Source: Prevotella sp. (GTDB lineage Bacteria > Bacteroidota > Bacteroidia > Bacteroidales > Bacteroidaceae). Taken from it: 64,000 bases of DNA. A program made the translations under genes and the position numbers. The DNA lies in contig JAFXZU010000023.1 of the NCBI GenBank assembly GCA_017541085.1, positions 17,030 to 81,029 of the forward strand, written 5' to 3'. Position 1 is the stretch's first letter; the number at the start of each line of letters is the position of its first letter. The notes below the pieces were generated by a model. It did no database searches, was not told where the DNA came from, and saw only the letters and a program-made list of their open reading frames with translations. Below, piece by piece: positions 10,037 to 18,571 of the stretch.

Positions 10037-10882
10037 TCAGTCGAATGTCAGTTTTCCTGCACTAAACTTCTTGCACTTGTCTATATATTTCTCTGCCAGG
10101 GCTATGTCCTTCGAGTCAGGATACTCATTCATAAACCCATAGCATTCATCCTCTGCATCCTGGAATCGCTCTGCCTGCTTCTCTTTCACGCTGTGAACAG
10201 CCAACTCATACTTGCTCTGCATGATAAGTGATGCAAACTGTTCCCTGAGAGTGGTGTAAGGGTAATCCTTCAAGGCATTCTGCGAGGTAACGATACAAGC
10301 CTCATAGTTGTTACCACCACTGCCTATGCAGTTACCGAAGTAGGTACCGAGATTAAAATACAATTTCGCATTAAGATATTCTTTCTCTACCAACTTATCT
10401 TGCAACTCATACATACGGTTTGTTGCCGTAGTCTTTCTCTCGCTGTATGGGAATATGTCTATATAGTCTTGATAGGCTTTAATGGCAGCCACTGTCGGAG
10501 TCTGGTCCAGACGTGGTTCCGGCACGTTACGGTACAGGCTCTCTGCTATGTAGTAACATGCATCCTCTGCATACATTCCCTTAGGGTAAGAAGTAAAATA
10601 TTTCTTGAACACCTCCGCAGCGGAGTCATAGTCCTTCATCATATACGCCGACATGGCATAGAGGAAAAGACACTCCTCACCGTTGTCCGTTCCTTTCATC
10701 ATCGTCACCATCTCACCAAAGAGAAGATTGGCACGACTGTACTTTCCCTTTGCATACTGTTCCTTTGCATACTCATAGCGATAGCTGTAGTCTGTAGAGC
10801 GGTACACATAATTAAATTCCGACACGCAACTGGTAAGTAGCATGACGGTACAGAATATTATAAAAAGGACATTTTTCTTCAT
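10037..10882 (-). CDS. bamD: Outer membrane protein assembly factor BamD (lipoprotein)
   Basis: LTSC lipobox, TPR repeats, PRLDQTPT, KLVEKEYLNAKLYFNLG. Confidence 0.92.
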   Translation of the reverse strand: MKKNVLFIIFCTVMLLTSCVSEFNYVYRSTDYSYRYEYAKEQYAKGKYSRANLLFGEMVTMMKGTDNGEECLFLYAMSAYMMKDYDSAAEVFKKYFTSYPKGMYAEDACYYIAESLYRNVPEPRLDQTPTVAAIKAYQDYIDIFPYSERKTTATNRMYELQDKLVEKEYLNAKLYFNLGTYFGNCIGSGGNNYEACIVTSQNALKDYPYTTLREQFASLIMQSKYELAVHSVKEKQAERFQDAEDECYGFMNEYPDSKDIALAEKYIDKCKKFSAGKLTFD

Positions 10883-10996
10883 TCAGAGTGCAAAGTTACT
10901 CATTATTATCGAAATAGGCAAATTCAATTCCATATTTTTCAGTAAATTTTCCTTAATTATAACATTTATTATAAAGAAATTGTGTACTTTTGCACT

Positions 10997-13018
10997 ATGA
11001 ACTCTTTCCAACTCACATCGAAGTATAAGCCTACGGGCGACCAACCTGAAGCCATACGCCAACTGGTGGATGGTCTGAGACGTGGCGATGACGCACAGGT
11101 ATTGCTTGGTGTCACCGGCTCAGGCAAGACGTTTACCATGGCAAACGTAATCCAACAGATTGGCAAGCCTACGCTCATACTCTCACACAACAAGACCTTG
11201 GCGGCACAATTGTATGAGGAGATGAAAGGGTTCTTCCCACATAATGCCGTGGAGTATTATGTGTCTTACTATGACTACTATCAACCAGAGTCATACCTAC
11301 CGGCATCCGACACCTATATCGAGAAAGACCTTGCCATCAACGAGGAGATAGACCGCCTTCGCTTGTCGGCTGTCTCGGCACTGCTCTCCGGGCGTCAGGA
11401 TGTCATAGTAGTCAGTTCCGTGTCATGTATATACGGCATGGGCGGTCCCTCTGCCATGCAGGGCAGCATCATCAGTATACGTCGCGGAGAAAGGATTGAG
11501 CGTAATGACTTCCTGCGCAAGCTTGTCGATGCGCTGTATGTACGCAACGACCTTGAAATGAGCCGTGGAGAGTTCCGTGTAAAGGGCGACACCGTAGATA
11601 TCTGGATGGCTTACTCCGAGCGTGTGCTCAGGGTCACCTTCTGGGATGACGAGATAGACGACATTGAGGAGGTTGACAGCACATCATACCATGCGCTGGA
11701 ACACTTTGACGAATACCAGATATTCCCTGCCAACCTTTTCGTTACCACAAAAGACCAGCAGGTCACGGCGGTTCGGCAGATACAAGACGACCTCGTGGCC
11801 CAGGTGGACTATTTCAAGAACATAGGCGACGAACTCAAGGCGCAGCGCATAAAAGAGCGCGTGGAGTATGACCTTGAGATGATAAAAGAACTAGGCCACT
11901 GCTCAGGCATAGAGAACTACTCACGCTACTTTGACGGCCGTCAGCCAGGCGAGCGCCCTTATTGTCTGTTTGACTTCTTCCCGAAAGACTTCCTGATGCT
12001 TATAGACGAGAGCCACGTATCCGTGCCACAGATAAGGGCAATGTACGGCGGCGACCGTTCACGCAAGCAGAACCTCGTGGAATATGGCTTCCGTCTGCCG
12101 GCAGCCTTCGACAACCGTCCGCTACGCTTTGAGGAATTTGAGGAGCTGCGCCCTCAGACTATCTATGTGTCTGCCACCCCGGCGGAATATGAACTTGAAC
12201 AAGCCGGAGGCGTGGTGGTAGAACAGGTAATACGCCCTACAGGACTGCTTGACCCTGTCATAGAGGTGCGCCCGACAGAGAACCAGATAGACGACCTCAT
12301 GGAGGAGATAAACCAGTGCGCCGAGAAACACGAGCGTGTGCTTGTCACCACACTGACAAAGCGCATGGCAGAGGAACTGACGGAGTACCTGCTGAACCAC
12401 GGAGTAAAGACAAACTACATACATTCCGACGTCAGCACCCTTGACCGCGTACAGATTCTCAACGACCTGCGCGCCGGCGTCTATGACGTCTTGGTAGGTA
12501 TCAACCTGCTGCGTGAGGGACTTGACCTGCCAGAGGTATCACTCGTAGCCATACTCGATGCCGACAAGGAGGGATTCCTGCGCTCACACCGCAGCCTCAC
12601 ACAGACTGCAGGCCGTGCGGCCCGCAACGTGAACGGTAAGGTGATAATGTATGCCGACAACATCACCGAGAGCATGAGGCAGACGATAGAGGAGACTGAG
12701 CGCCGCCGTTCAAAGCAGATAGCATATAACGAGGCGAACAACATAACGCCGCGACAGATAGAAAAGAACATTCCAACACGCCCTGCCTGCGAGGAGGAGA
12801 CTAAGAGCAGCAAACCTGTGGCATACATTGAGCCGGAGGATAATTACAGCGCAATGGCGGCAGAGCCTGTAATACAGCACATGACAAAGCAACAGATAGA
12901 GGCTGCCATAGCCACCGCCACTACACGTATGAAAGAGGCTGCCAAGAGCCTTGACTTCATGCTCGCCGCACAATACAGGGACGAGATTGTGGCTTTACAA
13001 AAACAACTGGAGCAGTGA
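10997..13018 (+). CDS. uvrB: Excinuclease ABC subunit B
   Basis: PTGDQP, LGVTGSGKT, YYDYYQPE, DESH, GRAARN motifs and a C-terminal UVR domain. Confidence 0.98.
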   Translation: MNSFQLTSKYKPTGDQPEAIRQLVDGLRRGDDAQVLLGVTGSGKTFTMANVIQQIGKPTLILSHNKTLAAQLYEEMKGFFPHNAVEYYVSYYDYYQPESYLPASDTYIEKDLAINEEIDRLRLSAVSALLSGRQDVIVVSSVSCIYGMGGPSAMQGSIISIRRGERIERNDFLRKLVDALYVRNDLEMSRGEFRVKGDTVDIWMAYSERVLRVTFWDDEIDDIEEVDSTSYHALEHFDEYQIFPANLFVTTKDQQVTAVRQIQDDLVAQVDYFKNIGDELKAQRIKERVEYDLEMIKELGHCSGIENYSRYFDGRQPGERPYCLFDFFPKDFLMLIDESHVSVPQIRAMYGGDRSRKQNLVEYGFRLPAAFDNRPLRFEEFEELRPQTIYVSATPAEYELEQAGGVVVEQVIRPTGLLDPVIEVRPTENQIDDLMEEINQCAEKHERVLVTTLTKRMAEELTEYLLNHGVKTNYIHSDVSTLDRVQILNDLRAGVYDVLVGINLLREGLDLPEVSLVAILDADKEGFLRSHRSLTQTAGRAARNVNGKVIMYADNITESMRQTIEETERRRSKQIAYNEANNITPRQIEKNIPTRPACEEETKSSKPVAYIEPEDNYSAMAAEPVIQHMTKQQIEAAIATATTRMKEAAKSLDFMLAAQYRDEIVALQKQLEQ

Positions 13019-13063
13019 CACTGCAGCCCACCACCACAATGCCGACACTACCATGCCTATGCC

Positions 13064-13116
13064 TTTCCGCAAGCCTTGCGGAAAATTGACTGATTGAGTA
13101 TTTCTTATTACCTTTG
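13064..13116 (+). promoter_or_regulatory. Palindromic operator-like site abutting the promoter of the FtsZ-like operon
   Basis: TTTCCGCAA-GCC-TTGCGGAAA (13064-13084), then a degenerate -33 ATTG (13085), 20 nt, and TACCTTTG (13109-13116). Confidence 0.55.
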
Positions 13117-13136
13117 CCATCAAAACATAATATCAC

Positions 13137-14468
13137 ATGTCACAGGAAGTAAACACTAATAAGGATTTCCCCGGTATCATACCATATTTTGAGCGCCCGA
13201 TAAAGGACCGTTCCAAAGGTATCATAAAAGTAATCGGCGTAGGTGGCGGCGGTTGCAATGCCGTATCGGGCATATACCATGAAGGTATAGACAACGTTAC
13301 TTTCGCCGTGTGCAACACCGACAGCGCCGTGCTCAACAAGTCTGAGGTGCCAGTAAAACTGCAGTTGGGCACCGAGGGACTGGGTGTAGGAGGCGACCCG
13401 TCAAGAGGCAAGGCAGAGGCAGAGAAGAGTGCAGAAGACATCAAGCGGTTGCTTGACGATGGTACGAAGATGGTTTTTGTGACCGCAGCCATGGGAGGAG
13501 GCACCGGCACAGGTTCAAGTCCCGTAGTGGCAAGCATAGCCCGCAGCATGGGCATCCTTACCGTAGGCGTAGTAACCATACCATTCTATTTTGAAAAGAA
13601 GAAAAAGGTTATCAAGGCGTTGAAAGGCGTTGAGGAGATGCGTAAGAACGTAGACGCCCTGCTCATCGTGAACAACGAGCGCCTGAGCGACATATATGCA
13701 GACTCTGAACTCACCCTGAAGGAAGCCTTCAGATGTGCCAACAACATACTGAAGGACGCAGTGAAGGGTATATCAGAACTGATAACACTGCCAAGCGACG
13801 AGGAGATACACTCCGACTTCTGTGACGTAGAGACGACAATAAGGAACGGAGGCAGCGCCATCATGGCCATGGGACGCGCCAGCGGCGACCACCGTGTGGA
13901 GCGAGCCATAACCGACGCACTGCAAAACCCACTGGTACACGGCAACGACATCGAACACGCCAAGCGAATACTCTTCAACATATACACCAGCGACGACAGT
14001 CCGCTGAAGATTAAGGAACTGCTCGACATTGATGATTTCTTCGCACAACTGAACCCCGACATTGAGGTTATATGGGGTACTGCCACAGACAACAGTCTCG
14101 GCGAGGATGCCAAGGTTACCATCCTCGCATCAGACGTGGAGAGTCATCCGGAAAGGAACCAGACTGACGAGACGGAGCACGATGAAGAATATTACGAGGA
14201 ACTGATAAAACAACTTTACAGGCCGATACCGAGCAAAGAGCCCATAAAGCAGGACCCACCATTTGATATTGAGGTGCCAAAAGAACCAGAGGCGGCTGAC
14301 ACTGACGATGAAGACGCCGAGGCAACTGACACAGAGACTGCAGAAGAGCATACCGGCGACAATACTAACGACAAGGAACCGGCAGCGCAATCACCTGCAT
14401 CAAAAAACCTACACACCATTCTGGACAAGTGGAAGACTTGGCTGGGCAACATCGTAGCAGAGGAGTAA
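13137..14468 (+). CDS. FtsZ/tubulin-family GTPase, divergent paralog outside the dcw cluster
   Basis: IKVIGVGGGGCNAV, NTD, GGGTGTG, TIPFYFE, NNERL motifs; T7 loop reads IHSDFCDV; acidic linker; no ftsA, ftsQ or mur neighbours. Confidence 0.9.
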   Translation: MSQEVNTNKDFPGIIPYFERPIKDRSKGIIKVIGVGGGGCNAVSGIYHEGIDNVTFAVCNTDSAVLNKSEVPVKLQLGTEGLGVGGDPSRGKAEAEKSAEDIKRLLDDGTKMVFVTAAMGGGTGTGSSPVVASIARSMGILTVGVVTIPFYFEKKKKVIKALKGVEEMRKNVDALLIVNNERLSDIYADSELTLKEAFRCANNILKDAVKGISELITLPSDEEIHSDFCDVETTIRNGGSAIMAMGRASGDHRVERAITDALQNPLVHGNDIEHAKRILFNIYTSDDSPLKIKELLDIDDFFAQLNPDIEVIWGTATDNSLGEDAKVTILASDVESHPERNQTDETEHDEEYYEELIKQLYRPIPSKEPIKQDPPFDIEVPKEPEAADTDDEDAEATDTETAEEHTGDNTNDKEPAAQSPASKNLHTILDKWKTWLGNIVAEE

Positions 14469-15088
14469 TGAGCAGATATGACACCTATACACAGGAAATG
14501 CTGTCACAAGAGCTGGGAGAACTCGTCGGATATATAAAATCGACGGGACAGACCCGTCTCTTGTATGATGCCTTGGGCGGTGCCTCTACGCTGGAACTTC
14601 TCAAGATGGAGGCGGCAAGGCGTAACCTGAGCCGCCTGCTCATAACGCGCAACTACCGTTTCATTCTGCCTGACTACAACGACATGGAGATAGACCTGCA
14701 ACCCGTGCACAAAGCCGTGTACCTGTTATTCCTGGCACACCCCGAGGGCATTGAGTTCAAGCGGCTGCATGACATGCGCGACGAGTTGCTGAGCTATTAC
14801 TACGCTACGGCACGCAGCATGGACAAGGCAAAGATAGAGGAGAGCGTGACACACCTCGTCAATCCGCTTGACAACGCCATCAACGAGAAATGCTCACGCA
14901 TAAAGAACGCTTTCTTCAGCCAACTGGATGACTACACTGCCATGAACTATATCATAAGCAGCCACACCCAGAAGCATTTCGCCGGCTCTTCACGCATTTG
15001 GTTCGAGAGGCTAAAGGTCATCACCCTGCCCAGAGAACTGGTCACATGGGAGGGTACACCATTATTCACGCTAAAAGACAAAGACTGA
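14468..15088 (+). CDS. Conserved Bacteroidales hypothetical protein, probable winged-helix DNA-binding domain
   Basis: Starts in the TAATG overlap with the FtsZ-like stop codon. Core LSRLLIT..Y.FILPDY..EI.L.P..KAVYLLFL.HPEGI...AINEKCSRIK resembles an OmpR-type wHTH (inference). Confidence 0.7.
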   Translation: MSRYDTYTQEMLSQELGELVGYIKSTGQTRLLYDALGGASTLELLKMEAARRNLSRLLITRNYRFILPDYNDMEIDLQPVHKAVYLLFLAHPEGIEFKRLHDMRDELLSYYYATARSMDKAKIEESVTHLVNPLDNAINEKCSRIKNAFFSQLDDYTAMNYIISSHTQKHFAGSSRIWFERLKVITLPRELVTWEGTPLFTLKDKD

Positions 15089-15102
15089 CAATCCCAACGA
15101 CA

Positions 15103-15801
15103 ATGAGCAACCCATATTTCTCATTCAAGCAATTCAACATAAAGCAAGACCGTTGCGCCATGAAGGTGGGTACCGACGGCGTACTGCTCGGTGCATGGGC
15201 AGAGGGTGGCAGGCACATCCTTGACATAGGCACCGGCACCGGACTCGTAGCCCTCATGATGGCACAGCGCTATGCCGATGCCGAAGTGACTGGGATTGAA
15301 ATTGACGATGAGGCGGCGGCCCAAGCAAAGGAGAACGCTGCGGCTTCGCCTTTCTCTGACAGGGTAAGGATTGAGGCTGTGAGCCTGCAGACATTCACTT
15401 GCGACACTCCGTTTGACGCGATAACGTGCAACCCTCCGTATTACGACAACAGTCTCAACTGTCCCGACGAAAGCCGTAATACAGCACGTCACACAACATC
15501 ACTCAGCTACGCCGAACTCATAACCCACAGCAAGCGGCTGCTTACTGATGACGGCACCCTGAACCTCGTGTTGCCTACCGACTGTCTAAAGAGCATCGAA
15601 CTGGAGTGTGCATACGCCTCAATGTTCATCAAGGACCGTCTGCTAATAAGCACCACAGAGCGCAAACAGCCCAAGCGTGTGCTACTGACAATAAAGAAAG
15701 CCTTACCACCCCACCCTACCTGCCAGACTGCCGTATTAACACAAGACGGACAACGAAGTGAGTGGTACAAAGAACTAACCGCCGACTTCTATCTGGACTA
15801 A
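15103..15801 (+). CDS. tRNA1(Val) (adenine37-N6)-methyltransferase (YfiC/TrmN6 family)
   Basis: FSFKQF...MKVGTDGVLLGAW, LDIGTGTG, NPPY, ARH motifs. Confidence 0.92.
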   Translation: MSNPYFSFKQFNIKQDRCAMKVGTDGVLLGAWAEGGRHILDIGTGTGLVALMMAQRYADAEVTGIEIDDEAAAQAKENAAASPFSDRVRIEAVSLQTFTCDTPFDAITCNPPYYDNSLNCPDESRNTARHTTSLSYAELITHSKRLLTDDGTLNLVLPTDCLKSIELECAYASMFIKDRLLISTTERKQPKRVLLTIKKALPPHPTCQTAVLTQDGQRSEWYKELTADFYLD

Positions 15802-15895
15802 TATCACAAAAGAAGTGTATGATGTTTACAAAATGTCAGCGTTCCTATAGTTTTGCTGACATTTTGTTATTTTAACTCCTTCAACGAAGAGATAC

Positions 15896-15946
15896 AAAAC
15901 AGGTGTCACAGTACCCCAAAATGCGCTGCGACACCTGTTTTTTTTT
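15896..15946 (+). terminator. Rho-independent terminator
   Basis: AAAACAGGTGTC...GACACCTGTTTTTTTTT; preceded by a second hairpin at 15828-15867. Confidence 0.8.
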
Positions 15947-15967
15947 GCTGTTTTTGTAGTTTTATAT

Positions 15968-16077
15968 GTCATTCGATAGCTTCCACAGTGTAAAAGCATA
16001 GCTTTCTCATCGTCATTCGATAGCTTTCACAAGGTAAAACGATAGCTTTTACAGGGTAAAGTGATAGCTTTCACCGC
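15968..16077 (+). repeat. Tandem array of five degenerate 22-bp units
   Basis: GTCATTCGATAGCTTCCACAGT / GTAAAAGCATAGCTTTCTCATC / GTCATTCGATAGCTTTCACAAG / GTAAAACGATAGCTTTTACAGG / GTAAAGTGATAGCTTTCACCGC. Confidence 0.9.
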
Positions 16078-16547
16078 ACAAAGAGAATACACTAGCATTA
16101 CCACCTATCAGCAACCGTCTGACAATCAACGCTTTTTACAAAGACTCAAAAAACGCACTTTTTTACACAAAAACAAGGCACGATGACAGAAATCACAAAA
16201 TACGAAGACAACAAGAAATCATTATGACAGGAAAATAACGGATTTCATGACAAAATGACAAAATGACAAATATACATTCAATTACAAAAGAGAATATACA
16301 ATACAAACATTACACATTAATTATAAAAAAAAGAATGACTCTCAGACTGAAATTCAATCAAAAAGGCAAGAAAATGTAAACTTTTTCCGTGAAAATTTGT
16401 TTATATCACAGAATATTTGTAAATTTGTCCCGGTTACATTAGTTATCAACCTAAACATACAAAGATTATATTAGTGCAGAGATAAAACCAACAAACTTAA
16501 CTACAACAACAAACTTACTATTAACTTACAAAAAACTATTAACACTT

Positions 16548-17069
16548 ATGAAAACAGCAAAACCAATGTTGTCACCCGTTGAAGCGGTGAAGATTTGTCT
16601 TACACAGAAGTATTGCACCTTCAAAGGTCGCGCACGTCGCTCAGAGTTCTGGTGGTTCAACCTATGCTACAGCATCCTGATTAGTATCCCTTCTATTGCA
16701 TTACAGATGCTGTTTAGTTGGAAATTAGCGCAGAGGTCTGCACTTGAGAGCCAAATTTATGACGCAGTGTTTGACAACGACAAGATGGCTGCATTGCAGG
16801 CTCAGGCAGAGGCTGTAGATGCAACATTCGAGACATGGATGCCTATCCTGTGCATTATCTTATTTGTTGTATGGCTGCTCACACTGCTTCCAGCATGGGG
16901 CGTAGCAGTACGTCGTCTGCACGACATTGGCAAGAGCGGATGGTCTCTCCTTATCGCCATCATTCCAATCATCGGTTCTATAATCCTGTTGATATGGGAG
17001 GTAAAAGACAGTGACCAGAACGCCAACCAGTATGGTGAGTCTCCAAAATACGAAGAAGTCAATGTATAA
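16548..17069 (+). CDS. DUF805 family inner-membrane protein
   Basis: FKGRARRSEFWW, VAVRRLHDIGKSGW, NQYGESP motifs. Confidence 0.92.
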   Translation: MKTAKPMLSPVEAVKICLTQKYCTFKGRARRSEFWWFNLCYSILISIPSIALQMLFSWKLAQRSALESQIYDAVFDNDKMAALQAQAEAVDATFETWMPILCIILFVVWLLTLLPAWGVAVRRLHDIGKSGWSLLIAIIPIIGSIILLIWEVKDSDQNANQYGESPKYEEVNV

Positions 17070-17084
17070 TACATACATAACCAT

Positions 17085-17120
17085 GTGCCGGTATGCCGCT
17101 TGCGGTGTACCGGCATTTTT
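17085..17120 (+). terminator. Rho-independent terminator after the DUF805 gene
   Basis: GTGCCGGTATGCCGC-TT-GCGGTGTACCGGCAT followed by a T run. Confidence 0.75.
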
Positions 17121-17353
17121 CATGATAGTAACGCTTTTGTCTGCATGCCACTCCAAGCGAAGCCAAGAAAAGGAAAAGATTGTATTCCAATCTCCCGCAC
17201 CGCTTGCACACGTAGAGATAATAGACAGTGACGGCACAAGAAAAAAAACATGCATTAGGCTGGCACCAGAGGAGACAGACACCTTAGAACCAGTAACACC
17301 AGGAAAATAGAAAAAAACTATTACAGCGACACAAAAAAAAAATCGCTTAAAAA

Positions 17354-17385
17354 TTTGGAAGTTACAATTATTATTTGTAACTTTG
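17354..17385 (+). promoter_or_regulatory. trp operon promoter
   Basis: TTTG (17354) - 20 nt - TAACTTTG (17378). Confidence 0.8.
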
Positions 17386-17393
17386 CACGCAGT

Positions 17394-17450
17394 ATGAAGT
17401 TATTCAGCACATATTGGTGGTGGCGCACTCAGGATTCCAAAAAGTCGTGA
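17394..17450 (+). CDS. trpL: trp operon leader peptide MKLFSTYWWWRTQDSKKS
   Basis: 18-codon ORF with three tandem TGG codons, between the promoter and the attenuator. Confidence 0.92.
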   Translation: MKLFSTYWWWRTQDSKKS

Positions 17451-17531
17451 GGCGTTGACCTATTATATATAGTAAGATAAAAGAACTATAATAAAGAAGA
17501 GGTCTGTTGCACATCGCGACAGACCTCTTTT
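17444..17531 (+). promoter_or_regulatory. Transcription attenuator (antiterminator/terminator)
   Basis: Terminator AAGAGGTCTGTTGC...GCGACAGACCTCTTTT (17497-17531). Upstream GTCGTGA and GACCT (17444-17461) can alternatively pair with TCGCGAC and AGGTC. Confidence 0.85.
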
Positions 17532-17570
17532 GCGTTAAGACAATAACAACAATACAATACTCACAAAAAA

Positions 17571-18569
17571 ATGAAAGCTCTATTATCAAAAATGCTGGAG
17601 GGCGAGACCCTCACCCGACAGGAGATGTATGACATCCTTATCGGCATAACACAGGAGAAATATCCACAGGAGCAGATTGCTGCCCTGCTTACCGGACTGC
17701 AGATGCGTGGTATAACAGTGGACGAACTGCTCGGTTTCCGCGACGGTATATTGGCAACGGGTGTGCCTGCCATACTCGATGCGGAGAAGTACATAGACAT
17801 AGTAGGCACCGGCGGCGACCAGAAGAATACGTTTAACATATCTACCTGTTCATGCCTCGTGGTAGCTGGCGCTGGATACAAGGTAGCCAAGCACGGCAAC
17901 TATGCCGCTACATCTGTCAGTGGAGCATCAAACGTAATAGAGGAGCACGGAGTGAAGTTTACCAATGACCTCGCACAACTCAACAAGAGCATCAACGAGA
18001 GCAACTTCACCTACCTGCACGCACCGCTGTTTGCACGCGCCATGAAGTTCGTGGCACCGATACGTAAGAACATCTCGTTCCCTACCATATTCAACCTGCT
18101 CGGTCCTATAGTCAACCCGTCACAGCCTAAGTGCCAGCTGCTGGGCGTTGCAACGCTTGACCAGATGCGACTTTACAATGCCGTATATCACAAGCTCGGA
18201 CTGAACTTCGGCGTGGAGAACTCCATAGACGGCTATGACGAGATTTCACTGACAGGCAACTTCAAGATTACGACAAACAACTACGAACGCATCTTCTCAC
18301 CAGCCGACATAGGTCTGCCAGTGGCTAAGGCGCATGAGCTCTACGGCGGCGAGACCAAGGAAGAAGCCGTGAAGATATTCGACAACGTACTTGCCAACGA
18401 GGCTACAGAGGCTCAGAAGAATGTGGTGATAGCCAATGCTGCCTTTGCCATCCAGGTATTAGAGGACGGAAAGAAAGATATCAAGGAGTGCTGCGCCATG
18501 GCTAAGGAATCTATTGAGAGCGGCAAGGCACTGGCATGTTTCAAGAAATACGTAGAGATAAATAGTTAA
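17571..18569 (+). CDS. trpD: Anthranilate phosphoribosyltransferase
   Basis: DIVGTGGD, TFNIST, VAKHGN, TIFNLLGP, DGYDEIS motifs. Confidence 0.97.
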   Translation: MKALLSKMLEGETLTRQEMYDILIGITQEKYPQEQIAALLTGLQMRGITVDELLGFRDGILATGVPAILDAEKYIDIVGTGGDQKNTFNISTCSCLVVAGAGYKVAKHGNYAATSVSGASNVIEEHGVKFTNDLAQLNKSINESNFTYLHAPLFARAMKFVAPIRKNISFPTIFNLLGPIVNPSQPKCQLLGVATLDQMRLYNAVYHKLGLNFGVENSIDGYDEISLTGNFKITTNNYERIFSPADIGLPVAKAHELYGGETKEEAVKIFDNVLANEATEAQKNVVIANAAFAIQVLEDGKKDIKECCAMAKESIESGKALACFKKYVEINS

Positions 18570-18571
18570 TT

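Noticed and set aside
14429-14467. Longer start for the FtsZ-partner gene, or a frameshift fusion of the two genes
   Set aside because: The TAATG coupling at 14466-14470 is the simpler explanation, and I saw no slippery sequence.
15968-16077. 22-bp arrays as a CRISPR array
   Set aside because: The units are contiguous with only about 3 variable bases and no unique spacers; no cas genes are present in the window.
17011-17310. Possible small lipoprotein (LSAC lipobox) after the DUF805 gene
   Set aside because: Its would-be signal peptide runs through the DUF805 terminator hairpin and no clear start or promoter is visible. It may be real, but support is too weak to list.
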